A stretch of DNA of 63,287 nucleotides, filler included, from Folioceros fuciformis (lineage: Eukaryota): assembly GCA_049999805.1 (NCBI GenBank). It is 30 parts of 30 records of this genome, joined end to end, with 100 filler letters (N's around TTAATTAATTAA, not from the genome) between each part and the next. Parts side by side here need not be neighbours in the genome. Positions count along the whole stretch, not along the records: positions 34,567 to 35,912 come from JBNGIO010000845.1; positions 36,013 to 37,383 come from JBNGIO010000846.1; positions 37,484 to 38,551 come from JBNGIO010000847.1; positions 38,652 to 41,648 come from JBNGIO010000848.1; positions 41,749 to 42,911 come from JBNGIO010000849.1; positions 43,012 to 48,893 come from JBNGIO010000850.1; 24 more parts are not named here. One strand, 5' to 3'. Below, one piece after another: positions 34,567 through 46,079 of this stretch. The notes below the pieces were generated by a model, which made no database searches, was not told the DNA's origin, and saw nothing but the letters and a program-made list of their open reading frames with translations. The first letter of the stretch is position 1, and each line of letters starts with the position of its first letter. Both the position numbers and the translations under genes were made by a program.

Positions 34567-35400
34567 CGCAAAGTGCCCTATGCCTCGACAATTATAGCAC
34601 TGGATGGTTGTCAGCTGCGTTGGATTTCTGGGGGTCTGTCCTCGTATGGGTGCATTGTTTCGTAAATGTGGAGGGTAGACCGTCTTGGGGTATCCCATCA
34701 TGGGCATCGTTTCCTGAATCTGATAGGCGTCCTCCAAGTAAGCCTCCTCCTCCTCCTCTCCGTATTGCACAATCTGCACCTTAACCTGCGGACAACTCGC
34801 CCTAGAGTGTCCTTGCTGTCCGCATGTTGAGCAAAAAAGATTTGCCCTTCCCCCCGTCGCGACCCTCCTCCTCTCATGGTCCTTTACAGCATTGATTTGC
34901 AGTTTTTCCAGTTTGGCCAGAATCTCTCCCATCTTGTTCCCTTGCTGTTCAACCTTCTTGGTTGCCAACTCTACCTCCTTCCTCACTTGCTCAGCCCCTC
35001 TCTTCGCACTCCTAGGCTCTGCCTTGATCCTCCCCGACTCCCTGTTTCTGGACCGAATTTTTTTTCGCGATCTTGACTTACCCGAATGCCTGTGCTTTCT
35101 CCTTCTTCTCTCGTCCTCCGATGAGTCTTCCTCTGAACTTGACGAATCCTCAGTGGTCGCGCTGTCCGAAACGACACTCGAGGATCCCTCCTCCGTTGAT
35201 GAGTTCTCCTCCGAGGAGGAGTATTTCTTCTTTCCCTTTGAATGTTTCTTCCTCCCCTCATGACTCCGTTTCTCCTCCTTCCAAGCCTTTTTTTTTACTT
35301 CCGCGTTGGATTCCTCATAATTCAGTGCAGCTCTTATGACGCGCTCCAGATCCCTCTCCGCTTGCAAGTGCACGTGCCTACCCATAGCTGACCCAAGACC
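34567..35400 (-). mobile_element. Ty3/Gypsy gag C-terminal region with two CCHC zinc knuckles
   Basis: CSTCGQQGHSRASC and CYNCRGIGHFA..., preceded by an S/E/K-rich low-complexity tract and a coiled-coil. Confidence 0.75.
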
Positions 35401-35514
35401 CCTTGCAGACCATCGAATAGCCATTAGCTCCGAATGAGGTCCCGCTCGATCTCGCAGACTGTGTATCAAGGTCGGCAGCCAGGATCTAGAGGCCGAGTTC
35501 GGGAGCACCTAGAG

Positions 35515-35822
35515 GTGGTAGCAAACCCTAAAGCTAAAGTGAACACAATGATTGATGGTCTCTTCAATATCCTGATCAGCTTTGCAACAAAGTACTGACA
35601 CGAGAAGGCAGATACAATGGCCAACAGGACCAGGTACGATCCTCTACAAAGAGCATGAACTTGGAGGTGAGAGCGAGGCTATGGAGAAACTGCACAATGC
35701 AATGGGCAGGTGATAAGAGACCACTCACCATAGGTGATGGGGATGTTGCCTAAGAGGTAGTACTCGATGACTGCCATGGATGACGAGAAGATGATGACGA
35801 ACGTTGCCGTTGCACTTGTCAC
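35515..35822 (-). pseudogene. Sulfite exporter TauE/SafE family gene fragment; exons 35822-35729 and 35641-~35515
   Basis: VTSATATFVIIFSSSMAVIEYYLLGNIPITY|GSYLVLLAIVSAFSCQYFVAKLIRILKRPSIIVFTLAL matches the plant TauE/SafE C-terminal region, with a GT-AG intron. Similarity stops shortly before gag sequence. Confidence 0.78.
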
Positions 35823-36061
35823 CTGTAGGCAGGTAGCATTGAGCTGAACGCTTTGAAGCACACACACAAATACCGGCACAAACAGAACATGCCCTGTAGC
35901 TAGAAGCGCAGCNNNNNNNNNNNNNNNNNNNNNNNNNNNNNNNNNNNNNNNNNNNNTTAATTAATTAANNNNNNNNNNNNNNNNNNNNNNNNNNNNNNNN
36001 NNNNNNNNNNNNATGTTTATTATTAATGCTGGATATATAAAAGCCTATTTACACCTTTAAG

Positions 36062-36273
36062 TTCATGGTCAAAACAAGGAGACGCAAGGTATACTCTGTA
36101 GAACTTGTCATTCGCCAGACACGCTCCCCAACCCATAGCTCTTCTAACTGAAGTCTTGTGTTGTGTTGTACGACTAGGGCATGGGTGAAGATGTGAGCAT
36201 CAACAAGTTTTTCGATGATCCTATGTTGTTCGAGTTGGCACGGCAAGATGCTTATCTACAACATATTCTTTAA
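36062..36273 (+). pseudogene. SNU114: U5 snRNP GTPase SNU114/EFTUD2 3'-terminal fragment; exons 36062-36088, 36178-36273
   Basis: [40 protein letters not shown] matches the conserved Snu114 C-terminus; intron 36089-36177 is GT-AG. Upstream sequence does not continue the protein, so this is either a truncated fragment or a 27-nt exon of an intact gene. Confidence 0.8.
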
Positions 36274-36654
36274 GCTGGAGAGGTCAGCAGCTTCTTCCGA
36301 CGTGACAAGTTCCTTTGTCACCCAACAATCAAAATTGCAACTTGATTGCAACAAACATTGCACCTTCTATCGGGGTACAGTGGCTGCTTCAGCCATAAAG
36401 GCTGTTTAAAGCTTGGGATTCCGGAAAGCATTAGGGCCCACCATCAGGTAACGTGTACAATAGAGGGTTCTGGAAGGACATTTTGTAGGCCGGTATATAT
36501 TATAGGAACCTAAAGTAAGCCCTTAGTTCTTGAACTTTTTTCTCCATAATGTTTGAAAGTCTCGCAGTCTAGGTGTTTATGGTGGCCTCATGGGCTGTTT
36601 AGGGTGTGGGGTTTAAATTAGGCAGAAATCACTTCTCCATCCTTCTTTTCCCCT

Positions 36655-37272
36655 TCATGGTCGGCCTTTACAACTGCAACCACCACTGGAGAATCGATGC
36701 ACACGGTACCCATCCCTCACAACAATGTCTCTCTGCTCAAGCCTTGACATGACCTCCGTGGAACTGTGGCAATCACTGCACATGCGTAGATTCTTCGTTA
36801 CCACCAGACGGATCCTTGTGGGAGTGTTCAACAGGCCAAACGCCAGCGCCAGCTTTTCAGCGTGCCCACACAGTGCATCCTCCTTTTCCTTCTCACCCAA
36901 TGGCTTCAACACCAACCTTGTCTGCGGTACGTGGCCCCCTTCCTGCTTTACACAAGCATTCGTGCTCTCGACCTTGAGCGGAAGCGCAATATTCTCTCTC
37001 CGTTCTCCTACCAAGAACTTATGTACCTGCTTAGCTACCTCGATGGTTGCCAGTGCAGGTTTCTTGTTAGCTCCTGCCACCATTCTCTGTGTTTCGATCC
37101 TGTCTACATCTCTCACCTACCTGCATCTGCGAAAGCATTGGCCATGAGCACATGCGCAGACGTGTTTTGAGGGTCCAGCCTCACGATGCTTTCAAAACAT
37201 CACCTCGCCCTCTCTATATCCTCGTGACTTTTGCAAGCGTGCAACAAAGCCGTCAAGCCCACACCATCCCGA
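36655..37272 (-). pseudogene. PPR E-DYW:KP (KPAxA...GRP type) RNA-editing factor remnant
   Basis: E motifs GLTALLHACKSHEDIERAR*CFESIVRLDPQNTSAHVLMANAFADAGR (stop 37200-37202; 1-nt deletion ~37114), then KKPALATIEV...LCGHAEKLALAFGLLNTP...KNLRMCSDCH...RDGYRVHRF..GGCSCKGRP*. Confidence 0.92.
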
Positions 37273-38142
37273 GCGGATGCTGTACATCACTACGCCTCGC
37301 CACTCTGCAGAAGAGAGGAAAGAAAACGGATGAAGTCAACTTAATCTGCTACCTGTACGAACAGGGCGGGGTCAGAGCTAAACNNNNNNNNNNNNNNNNN
37401 NNNNNNNNNNNNNNNNNNNNNNNNNNNTTAATTAATTAANNNNNNNNNNNNNNNNNNNNNNNNNNNNNNNNNNNNNNNNNNNNTCTGCATCGTGCCTCGA
37501 TTGTGACCCATGCACACACACGAACAGGGAGATCCAGGTCAGCTGTGGAAATCAAGGTGAGCTACAGAGCCACAGCAGGTGCTTCTAGACATGTTGAGAT
37601 TCCATCCCACACCTCCAGTGTAATCTGTCCCACACTCTTACCAAACCAACCGGAACCACGAATCCTCTCCCGACGACTTGAACCTGAACCGCCTTGCCAC
37701 CTCGGAGACTGAAGGTTTCGCCCCCCTGCAGCAGGCTGTGCTTGCCGGACACGTTTTCTCGGAACATTCGCATCCTGGTGTGGAAGAAACGTACAGGTGC
37801 AGAGACTCACCTTGTTTTGCATTGCTTTGTCCGTGCAAGCAAATGTCTCCTCAACAGTGTCTGTGTTCGTGGCTCAGGAATGCATTCACCACAGGACGTC
37901 ACTCAAAGCAGGAATGCACTTGTCGCTTGTGATTGTAGTAGAGAGCAGGAAACTACCCACTTCATCGGAATCTCTCATTTGCGTCCAACACACGAACCTC
38001 AAGATTTGTGCCCTGCATCTCTTTGCTCTCGTCCTGCCAGATGAACAGTAACTGCTGCACAGTGTACGAGGAAGCAACACACAATCGACTACACTCACCC
38101 CATCATTTGCCTACACTTCCCTGCTGGGACTAATAAATTCAC

Positions 38143-38393
38143 ATGTGGAACTAATCACTCTGCCAGCCATTCTCCTAACGAATCTGCGAACCACTCTCCT
38201 TCCAACCTTCTCTTCTCTGCTCCGCCCTGAGGCATGCCAACCACCTGACGGACCGCCTCGTTTCCTCATGTGGAACTAATCACTCTGCCAGCCACTCTCC
38301 TAACGAATCTGCGAATCACTCTCCTTCCAACCATCTCCTCTCGGCTCCGCCCCGAGGCATGCCAACCACCTGATGGACCGCCTCGTTTCCTCA
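38143..38393 (+). repeat. 125-bp tandem duplication
   Basis: Unit atgtggaactaatcactctgccagcc...cgcctcgtttcctc starts at 38143 and 38268, with few substitutions. Confidence 0.93.
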
Positions 38394-38651
38394 CGTCACG
38401 CCCGAAATGCGAAGGCAGACAGTCACACACGCCGAATGTGAGTCACGTAAAAGCCAAAATGGATGACAGAATCGTCGGTTCCACCAAGTCCGGTGCGAAC
38501 CACATGGACTACAAGGTGCAAGATTCGCAAGGTGGTGTTCCTGGCCAAGCTNNNNNNNNNNNNNNNNNNNNNNNNNNNNNNNNNNNNNNNNNNNNTTAAT
38601 TAATTAANNNNNNNNNNNNNNNNNNNNNNNNNNNNNNNNNNNNNNNNNNNN

Positions 38652-39355
38652 GAGAGCACTTGTGGTGGGATGGGTTTTGGGCAGAGCAAGAGGCTATCGT
38701 TCATTCTATAAACTCTGGTGTAGAGTGAGAACTTGATTCGAATTGGCGGTGGTATAATCGGGAGGCGGCGTAAATATTGAACACACCCTTTACTGTACCA
38801 GACGAAATGGTTGTTCACAATCCACGCATTTGTGAGATTCCCAGAAGAAACATGTATGTGGGGGCATACCGTAGGGAGACGGACCTCAATGACGACCGCG
38901 ACAGTTTGAATGGGGATATAACCAAAATAGAAAAAGGGCATATGATTGCAGTCCCTTGCGAGACCGGCGGAGACAACAGGCCGTTTTGGATTGCCAAAGT
39001 CTTAGAGGCAGATATTACATGTGAGAAACCATATGTCAAAGTGCATTGGAGGGTTACCAAATGTTCAGATGCCTTTGAGGGTTGTTACCAAGAAGAGATG
39101 ATTTTACCACATGAAGCTCCGCCAAGAGGGTTACGTGGCGGTCGCAGACGCAGGTCAAGCAGAAGACTTCGGAAGCACATAGATACATTATTCATTGAAG
39201 ACATTTTTATTTTAGCATATGGATTTGACTTGACATGCCCAAAACAGCTACCCTCCCGAACGAGGACTCTAATTCACAGAAACCTCTACGTCCTCAATCG
39301 CGACCAGGATACACTGCCGCCTGAAAATAATGAAACTTGTAAGACGTTTAGATAA
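38652..39355 (+). pseudogene. Degenerate intronless ORF of unknown function, possibly transposon-derived
   Basis: 192-aa open segment GHMIAVP...PFWIAKV...VKVHW...ILAYGFDLT...LP; in-frame upstream codons contain two stops. Confidence 0.4.
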
Positions 39356-40625
39356 AAGTGTTAAGTACAAACTGGTATGATAATTATTGTATGTATCGCC
39401 AATCAAGGGTCGTTTTCGACTTGACATACATGTGCCCCAAGCAGGAGTGCGCCGGTCAACCGGCGCACTCCCGCTTGTTCCGTGCCGGGTCAATGGTGTT
39501 CTGTATCACCACCGTTTTTGAGAAATGCATATAGATATCGACAGGTGATAATTTTGAGGAATAGGATCAACTGATATGAGGTATCGCTCAAGCACCTACG
39601 ACTTTACATGGAATTCGATAACACGTGAATTACGTGATACTCGCCAGATTACAAGGTTTTGTCATGTATTTGATTGCATTGACACCCGCAAATTTGCTAG
39701 TACTTTGGAAACAATTCATGATTATGTTTATACTCAATACTCTTTTAGGCCACATTTCAGGTTCTCCTGACAAGAACACGGAAAAATGCAGATATATGAC
39801 ACGAGTTTTCAGCGCCAAAACCTCGCGAAGCTCGAAATGGCGGAATACACTCGTCTGGGTTAGACCATGTTAGTATTCACAATGTAATCCCCCTCCTTAC
39901 AATTAGTGAAGACTAGAGAAAGAACTGAGCACCCAAAGTCAAGATGTGAAGAAAGCCTTTTCTTGTAGCATCCTGCTCAAATATGCTCAACATTGGACTC
40001 ATAGAATATAGTTAGATTCGCCTCACTAAGGCAAACAATTTGGTATATGATTTGATAAGAATAGAGTGTAGTGGAACAAACTCTACCACTATGAAAAGTG
40101 AGGTTGTGACGGCATCATGTGACATTTGAAAACGAATTGAAAGAAGTAATCTGAACCCAATGTACCTGACTGCAGTGATACGAGAATTTTCTTTGGGCTG
40201 GCTTGATTGTGGTAATTGGCTGGGCCCTTTTGTCCAAATACGAGCAAAATTTATCGATGCTTCATGCTAGCTATCCATTCCTGCCACAAAATCTTGCACT
40301 CTTTCCGAAGGAATGTAGGCAATTCTAGCCTCCTTTATGAGTCCTTGAGCCAAGTACACGGCAATTATTTGGTAGTAGGCAGTATGGGGCCCATCATTTG
40401 GTAGTAAGCGAGGTCAACAAGGATCACCCTTGTCCATATAAGGAGCGCAAATTTGGCACCAATTTCGCGGATCGCAGTGTAAGCAAATCACGATTTGAAA
40501 GATTTGAAATGACGGTTTCAGTACCTAAACCGTAGTTCTTCCAACCGGTGGGAGACACAATCCGTAGCAAGTCATGCCTATACCTGTATACGGTGTATGT
40601 ATGATGGTCACATATCACATATAAT

Positions 40626-40709
40626 GTGGCAACCTTTGCAGCACACTTGTGTAAGAACAGTGTCAGTGGCAACCTTTGCAGCACACTCGTGTAAGAACAG
40701 TGTCAGTGG
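40626..40709 (+). repeat. 40-bp tandem duplication
   Basis: gtggcaacctttgcagcacactYgtgtaagaacagtgtca at 40626 and 40666. Confidence 0.9.
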
Positions 40710-42028
40710 GCCCAGACCTTGTCAATGGGCCGAGACCTAGCCACCTGATGTATACGGCTAAGCGAGGGAAACAATTGAGGGGGTACGGAGCTAGAGCCAT
40801 TGCAATGTCGCGCTGGACTGAGGATAAGAGATTCCGAATTCTCACCACCCACATCCAGTCTAGTTCGCACTCTGGAGTACGCTCTAGAGGCGCCCCTTAT
40901 TAAAAAAGGGCCAGCTAGTTCTCCCAACAATGCATGTCAGACAGGTGCACCGGCTCGACAACGAATCACAGTGCCCTGCTCGACAACGAATCACGGTGCC
41001 CTTCTCGGGATCACCAATTCCAGCTCACGGGAATATATCCACATATCCTTTAGTGTACTCCCACAGTTCCGCTGTTTTTATGACACAACGTGAGCACGGC
41101 GCGGGTCCGTCTACTCTGCACAGCGAGTGATGAGTCAGCCATCAACCTCGTCTCCGATAATGGTGCGCTTTCCGGACGACTCAATGTTCAATCCGCAGCG
41201 ATGGTCTCTGCCTTATCCGCTTCTGGTACCAGGAAGGCCCTATATGGTCCCAATATATGTACTGTACAGATGTATGTGTACACCGGGAATCCTGCCAAGT
41301 CCAATGTCCGGAGACTCGAGCTGACGCTGGACCGGACGCTGGATCTCCTTCCGTACTAGGGAAGGCAAGCGTGTTGCAGAGGCAGAGGTAAATGATGCCA
41401 TCATGCCTCGAAACTTCAACAGCCCCTTCGCCACGCTACACTTATGTGGGCAAGAATCGGCTTTTACAAACATTTCGATCGGGTACTTGAGTGTGCTGCG
41501 AAAGCGGGCAGTCGAGCCGCTCTTTCTAGCGGCGATAATACACCGCTGCGTGCGTGTTTGTGAGCTGTCAAGTGAAATGGTTTCATATGAAGCGCCTCAT
41601 ATGGCAAGCTCTCACAATTCCATAAAACAAGCTTGTTTCCGACAAGCGNNNNNNNNNNNNNNNNNNNNNNNNNNNNNNNNNNNNNNNNNNNNTTAATTAA
41701 TTAANNNNNNNNNNNNNNNNNNNNNNNNNNNNNNNNNNNNNNNNNNNNGGAGATGAGCCGTCAATGTTTCCCACAACCTCCCCACGCTCTCCACGTTCAC
41801 CTTCCTCCAAAAGCGAGGACACCACACGCCCTCCTCGAATAAATCGAGTCGTTGAAGCTGTTCTTTGCTCTCTCTCTTGAAGCTCCCTAATTCATTCCCT
41901 CCGTGCTGCGCAAAGACTCCTTGCAGTAGGTGGTGTTTTAATGTCCTCACGTTAGGTCTCACTTCCCTCACGCATCCACTCAACCTCACTTCTAATCCAA
42001 GGAACTATCTCTCTGGCTGATTGTTGGC

Positions 42029-42046
42029 TCCTCGGCAACGGCGCCA
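42029..42046 (-). mobile_element. Primer-binding site of Athila type (tRNA-Asp-like)
   Basis: Minus strand reads ...gcccACA tttt TGGCGCCGTTGCCGAGGA, i.e. LTR end CA + 4 nt + PBS. Confidence 0.8.
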
Positions 42047-42050
42047 AAAA

Positions 42051-42700
42051 TGTGGGCAAGCGGGTATGGTATCCATACCAGGCACCCGCTCACATGTATC
42101 ATGGCCACATCAATCCCACGGTCATTGTAGGTTTCCCAGGGATCGCTCCCCTCTAAGCCTGGTCAGCTACGTCTATCGCTCCCCTACACTAGTCAACTCT
42201 CCCAACCACGTACCTACCAATTTGGCCACACGTACCTACCAATTTGGCCACACGTCCCATTAGTAGGTAGGCACCTTTGCTTCACTTGGAAGGGCCCCAG
42301 TACCTCCCCTACCGATTTCTACCTCCCTACACTCAATACCTTTTCCTCACAAGGCTCCCTACGACACCTTGCTCTACCTACAATCTAGCTACTCGTCTCC
42401 CTACGCCCAGCAACCAACAAGCTTTCCTCCGAGCCTACTCCGCTCCCTCCAACTCTGTTTATCGTTCGCCTACTACCTTCAACCTTGCACAAGGGAATCA
42501 TCCAACAATCCAACAAATGTTCTTCTCATTCACCAAACCACAAGGGACACATCCAACAATCCAACAAATGTTCTTCTCATTCACCAAACCACAAGGGACA
42601 CACATCCATTGCCCTCACAACAGCGTGCTCCATGTATGGCTTCGAAGACGGTCACCGGCTTGGTGCCCCCTTGCCCATGTGGAGGAGGGGTGACCTTTTA
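42051..42700 (-). mobile_element. Athila-like LTR (part), copy 1
   Basis: Begins at TG 42051 next to the PBS and is colinear with 43293-44000. Contains 51-bp tandem units at 42489, 42540 and 42591 (partial). Far boundary uncertain. Confidence 0.65.
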
Positions 42701-43292
42701 GGGTTTCCATTTGGCGATCACACTTGCTAATTTCTAGTATTTCTGTAGCTCATGTTTCTACCACGAATGTTTCCGAACACTAATTTGAAGCAAGTAAAGC
42801 CAGGTACCACGTGATGAATCAATTAGGTGAACAAACAACAGAGATTACTTGCCACTGCTAAACCTTACGTTAGTCGTCATGTTCGGACATGGTTATTGGG
42901 ACCGTCCCGCANNNNNNNNNNNNNNNNNNNNNNNNNNNNNNNNNNNNNNNNNNNNTTAATTAATTAANNNNNNNNNNNNNNNNNNNNNNNNNNNNNNNNN
43001 NNNNNNNNNNNAACAAAGATGTAGGCTTAAGTTTAGGGTTCATACAAAAATATTAAAGGAGGTTGTACCCTAAAGTGTAGGTTCATCATCCAAAGAAGCT
43101 AGACCCACCATAGGATTTGGTGGCTATACCTTAAAGTGTAGGTTCATCATCCAAAGGAGCTGGATCTATTATAGGATTTGGCGCCTCCTCCACCGCATTT
43201 AGATGATTATCGTGTCTAGATGTAGCTCCTTTGGTTTGGATGATGCACCTTTACTCATTAGAGAATCATCAAACTCACCATCATGAGTGCCT

Positions 43293-45030
43293 TGTGGGCA
43301 AGCAGGTATGGTACCCCTACGAGGCACACGCTCACATGTATCGTGGCACATCAATCCCACAGTCGTTGTAGGCTTCCCCAAAATCGCTCCCCTCTGAGCC
43401 TGGTCAGCTACGTATATCGTTCCCCTACAATAGCCAACCCTCCCAACCATGTACCTACCAATCCTGCAACATGTCCCATTAGTAGGTAGGCACCATTCCT
43501 TCACTTGGAAGGGCCCCAAAACCTCCCCTACCAATTTCTACCTTCCAATCACGTTCCTATTAATCCTGCAACACGTCCCGTCAGTAGGTAGGCACCATTC
43601 CTTCACTTGGAAGGGCCCTAATACCTCCCCTACCAATTTCTACCTTCCAATCACGTTCCTACCAATCCTGCAACACGTCCCGTCAGTAGGTAGGCACCAT
43701 TCCTTCACTTGGAAGGGCCCCAGTACCTCCCCTACCAATTTCTACCTTCCAATCATGTTCCTTCCAATCCTGCAACACGTCCCGTTAGTAGGTAGGCACC
43801 ATTCCTTCACTTGGAAGGGCCCCAATACCTCCCCTACCGATTTTCACCTCCCTACACTCAATACCTTTTCCTCACAAGGCTTCCTACAACACCTTTCTCT
43901 ACCCACAATCTAGCTGCTTGTCTCCCTATGCCCAGCAACCAACAAGTTTTCCTTTGAGCCTACTCCCCTCCCTTCAACTCTGTTTATTGTTCGCCGATGA
44001 CATTCAACCTTTCCCAGCGCGTACCTTCGACACGTCCAGTCGGCAGGAAGACACCATTCCTTCACTTAGAAGGGGCCCAGTACCTTCCCCTACCGATTTC
44101 TACCTCTCTACACCCAACACCCCTTCCTCACAAGTCTCCTCACAACACCTTCCACAAACGATCCAGCTACTCGTCTCCCTACGTCCAACGACCAACAAGT
44201 TTTTTCCTTGGGCTAGTTGTTGTATGGTTGTGCTTATTAGCGAGAACTTCCAGGAAGTCTTTCCCTGGAGTCTACCCTCAAGCCAACAGCCACATAGGTA
44301 TTGCCACACACCTACAGCAGCAAGATAACCATTCACAAGGGAAGCAACTTGCAGGGGTGCCCATGAAAGAATATGAGCCCTCCGCCAAGCACTTCGACCA
44401 CTACAACTCTAGCCACAACCAGGCGCTGTGATGGCACACAGCCGGCAACAAGATTCCTACGCTCTGCTGAGCATGAGAACTCACCATGAGAAGAGTGCAG
44501 AATGTGGTGGTTCATTTCTTTGGGTAGCCCCTCCTCATAGCAGAGATCGACACATGAACCCTCTCCTACATGTAGGTGGTGGGCTACCCTTCTCTCACAC
44601 TAGGCGCCACCAACTTTAACTGCGCACACCTACCAATAATTGCTAGGGCAGTGCACGCCGCTGAAGATTAGGACTATCGGCGCTGCCATAGAAGATTCAT
44701 TGACCCTCTCTCCAAAAAGGTGTGGCTAGGATTGCTCCTGAAGGGAGGCAGTGTCTGAAGGTTGAGCTACTAGGCCCCCCTCCATTATTGGGATTCGTCT
44801 TCTTTTGGATCCACGAACTTCCACCATACCTTCCTCTATGTGGATCTCTTGGGATATCCCTTCACCACCACCTACAGGTTTGGTAGGGAAGGGATCCACT
44901 TGTTCTTCAACTTGAGGTTCCTTCCCTACTTAGGGTGAGGATGTCCCCTTCGTAGGTAGGGTCCCCGTTGCTCCCTTCGTAGGTAGGTTCCTTACCCCTC
45001 TTCTCGTAGATAGGTTCCCTATGTTATTTT
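43293..45030 (-). mobile_element. Athila-like LTR, copy 2
   Basis: Similarity to copy 1 starts exactly at tgtgggcaagc (43293), with an unrelated flank to the left. Far boundary uncertain. Confidence 0.55.
43451..43860 (+). repeat. 102-bp tandem repeat, 4 copies, inside the LTR
   Basis: agtaggtaggcaccattccttcacttggaagggccc at 43481, 43583, 43685 and 43787. Confidence 0.95.
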
Positions 45031-45206
45031 ATGCATTTGTTCAAGGTTTACTTAGACAAAGAACACTTGAAGCAATGCAGCAAAATAACTTAATTAAATT
45101 TGTACAAAATTGTAGCTTTAATAGTGTCAAGTTTGTTAAACCCAAAAGGCATGTGTTTAACCGAGTTAGGTTAACTTAACCCATGGTTATCTAAATAACC
45201 TTAACA

Positions 45207-45216
45207 CTCCCTCTTA
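45207..45216 (-). mobile_element. Polypurine tract preceding a Copia 3' LTR that starts at 45206
   Basis: Minus strand TAAGAGGGAG followed directly by TGTTAAGG. Confidence 0.6.
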
Positions 45217-46079
45217 ACCTGACGAGGTTAAATTAAACGCTTAAACCCTAATGGGTCATAAACCCTGTCACCCCCTCATGATGAAGTGAGCGTGCAAGGT
45301 TGTAAAAAATCATCGGAAAATCATGCAGGTGGCATGACATGCGATCCAACTTCAGGCAAGGACAGGTGTGAAGACTTAGGGCAAGCTGAAGATGGAGCTG
45401 GGCGCCTTTCTCTCGCGGTACCAAGGCTAAGGATAGCCACTGTAGGTGGAGTTCTTGTTCTTCTGTGTCCTATTGCAGGAAGGAATGGCACACAAGAAGA
45501 ATGGAGGCTTGAGTTGCCAAAAGCATCTAAGGGAGGAGTCGTCACAGCAGCAGACTAACTCCAATGAGCCTGGCAAAACTCAAGTATCGAACAAGCCTGC
45601 AGAGTGGCCTACACAAACAGATAGAAACTTGGTGTGTTGTCTGCTTCAGACAACGCAGAAGTGCGAGGAGGTCAAAGAAGCCCTCAAGGCCGCGAAGTGT
45701 CGGGTCTTGGAGCTTCGAGACTTGGTTGCCAAGTTCCCATCACAGGATCCAACCATGTTTCCACTGTTGGATTGTGAAATACAGCACCTTGTAAAGGAAT
45801 TGAACATGCTTGGATATACGGGGACAGTCGGCGGCGCACCTAAAGCTGGCGATACATAAGGCCCTTGCCCGCCTGAGAGAGGAAAATCACCACTGTGAAA
45901 GTTTTTCTTTTCTTTTCTACGATGCAGAGGGCAATTCACGACTTCATGTGCAGGTTGCTTCATCCACTGAGCTGTCCTCTTGTTTTGTGTGCCAGACAGG
46001 AAGGTCAGGCTTGTAATAAACCAATTAAGTTGCTTCTTGTCAGTAGAGCACACACTATCTTGTACTTCCTCGTATAGGC

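Noticed and set aside
37484-38100. Splice-site-like signals suggesting exons on the minus strand
   Set aside because: No recognisable protein in any frame.
39400-41648. Short ORFs in contig 20
   Set aside because: No motif recognised; only small tandem duplications are supportable.
43449-43913. ORF with 34-aa repeats, or a CRISPR-like array
   Set aside because: By-product of a 102-bp tandem repeat inside an LTR; the whole unit is repeated, so there are no spacers.
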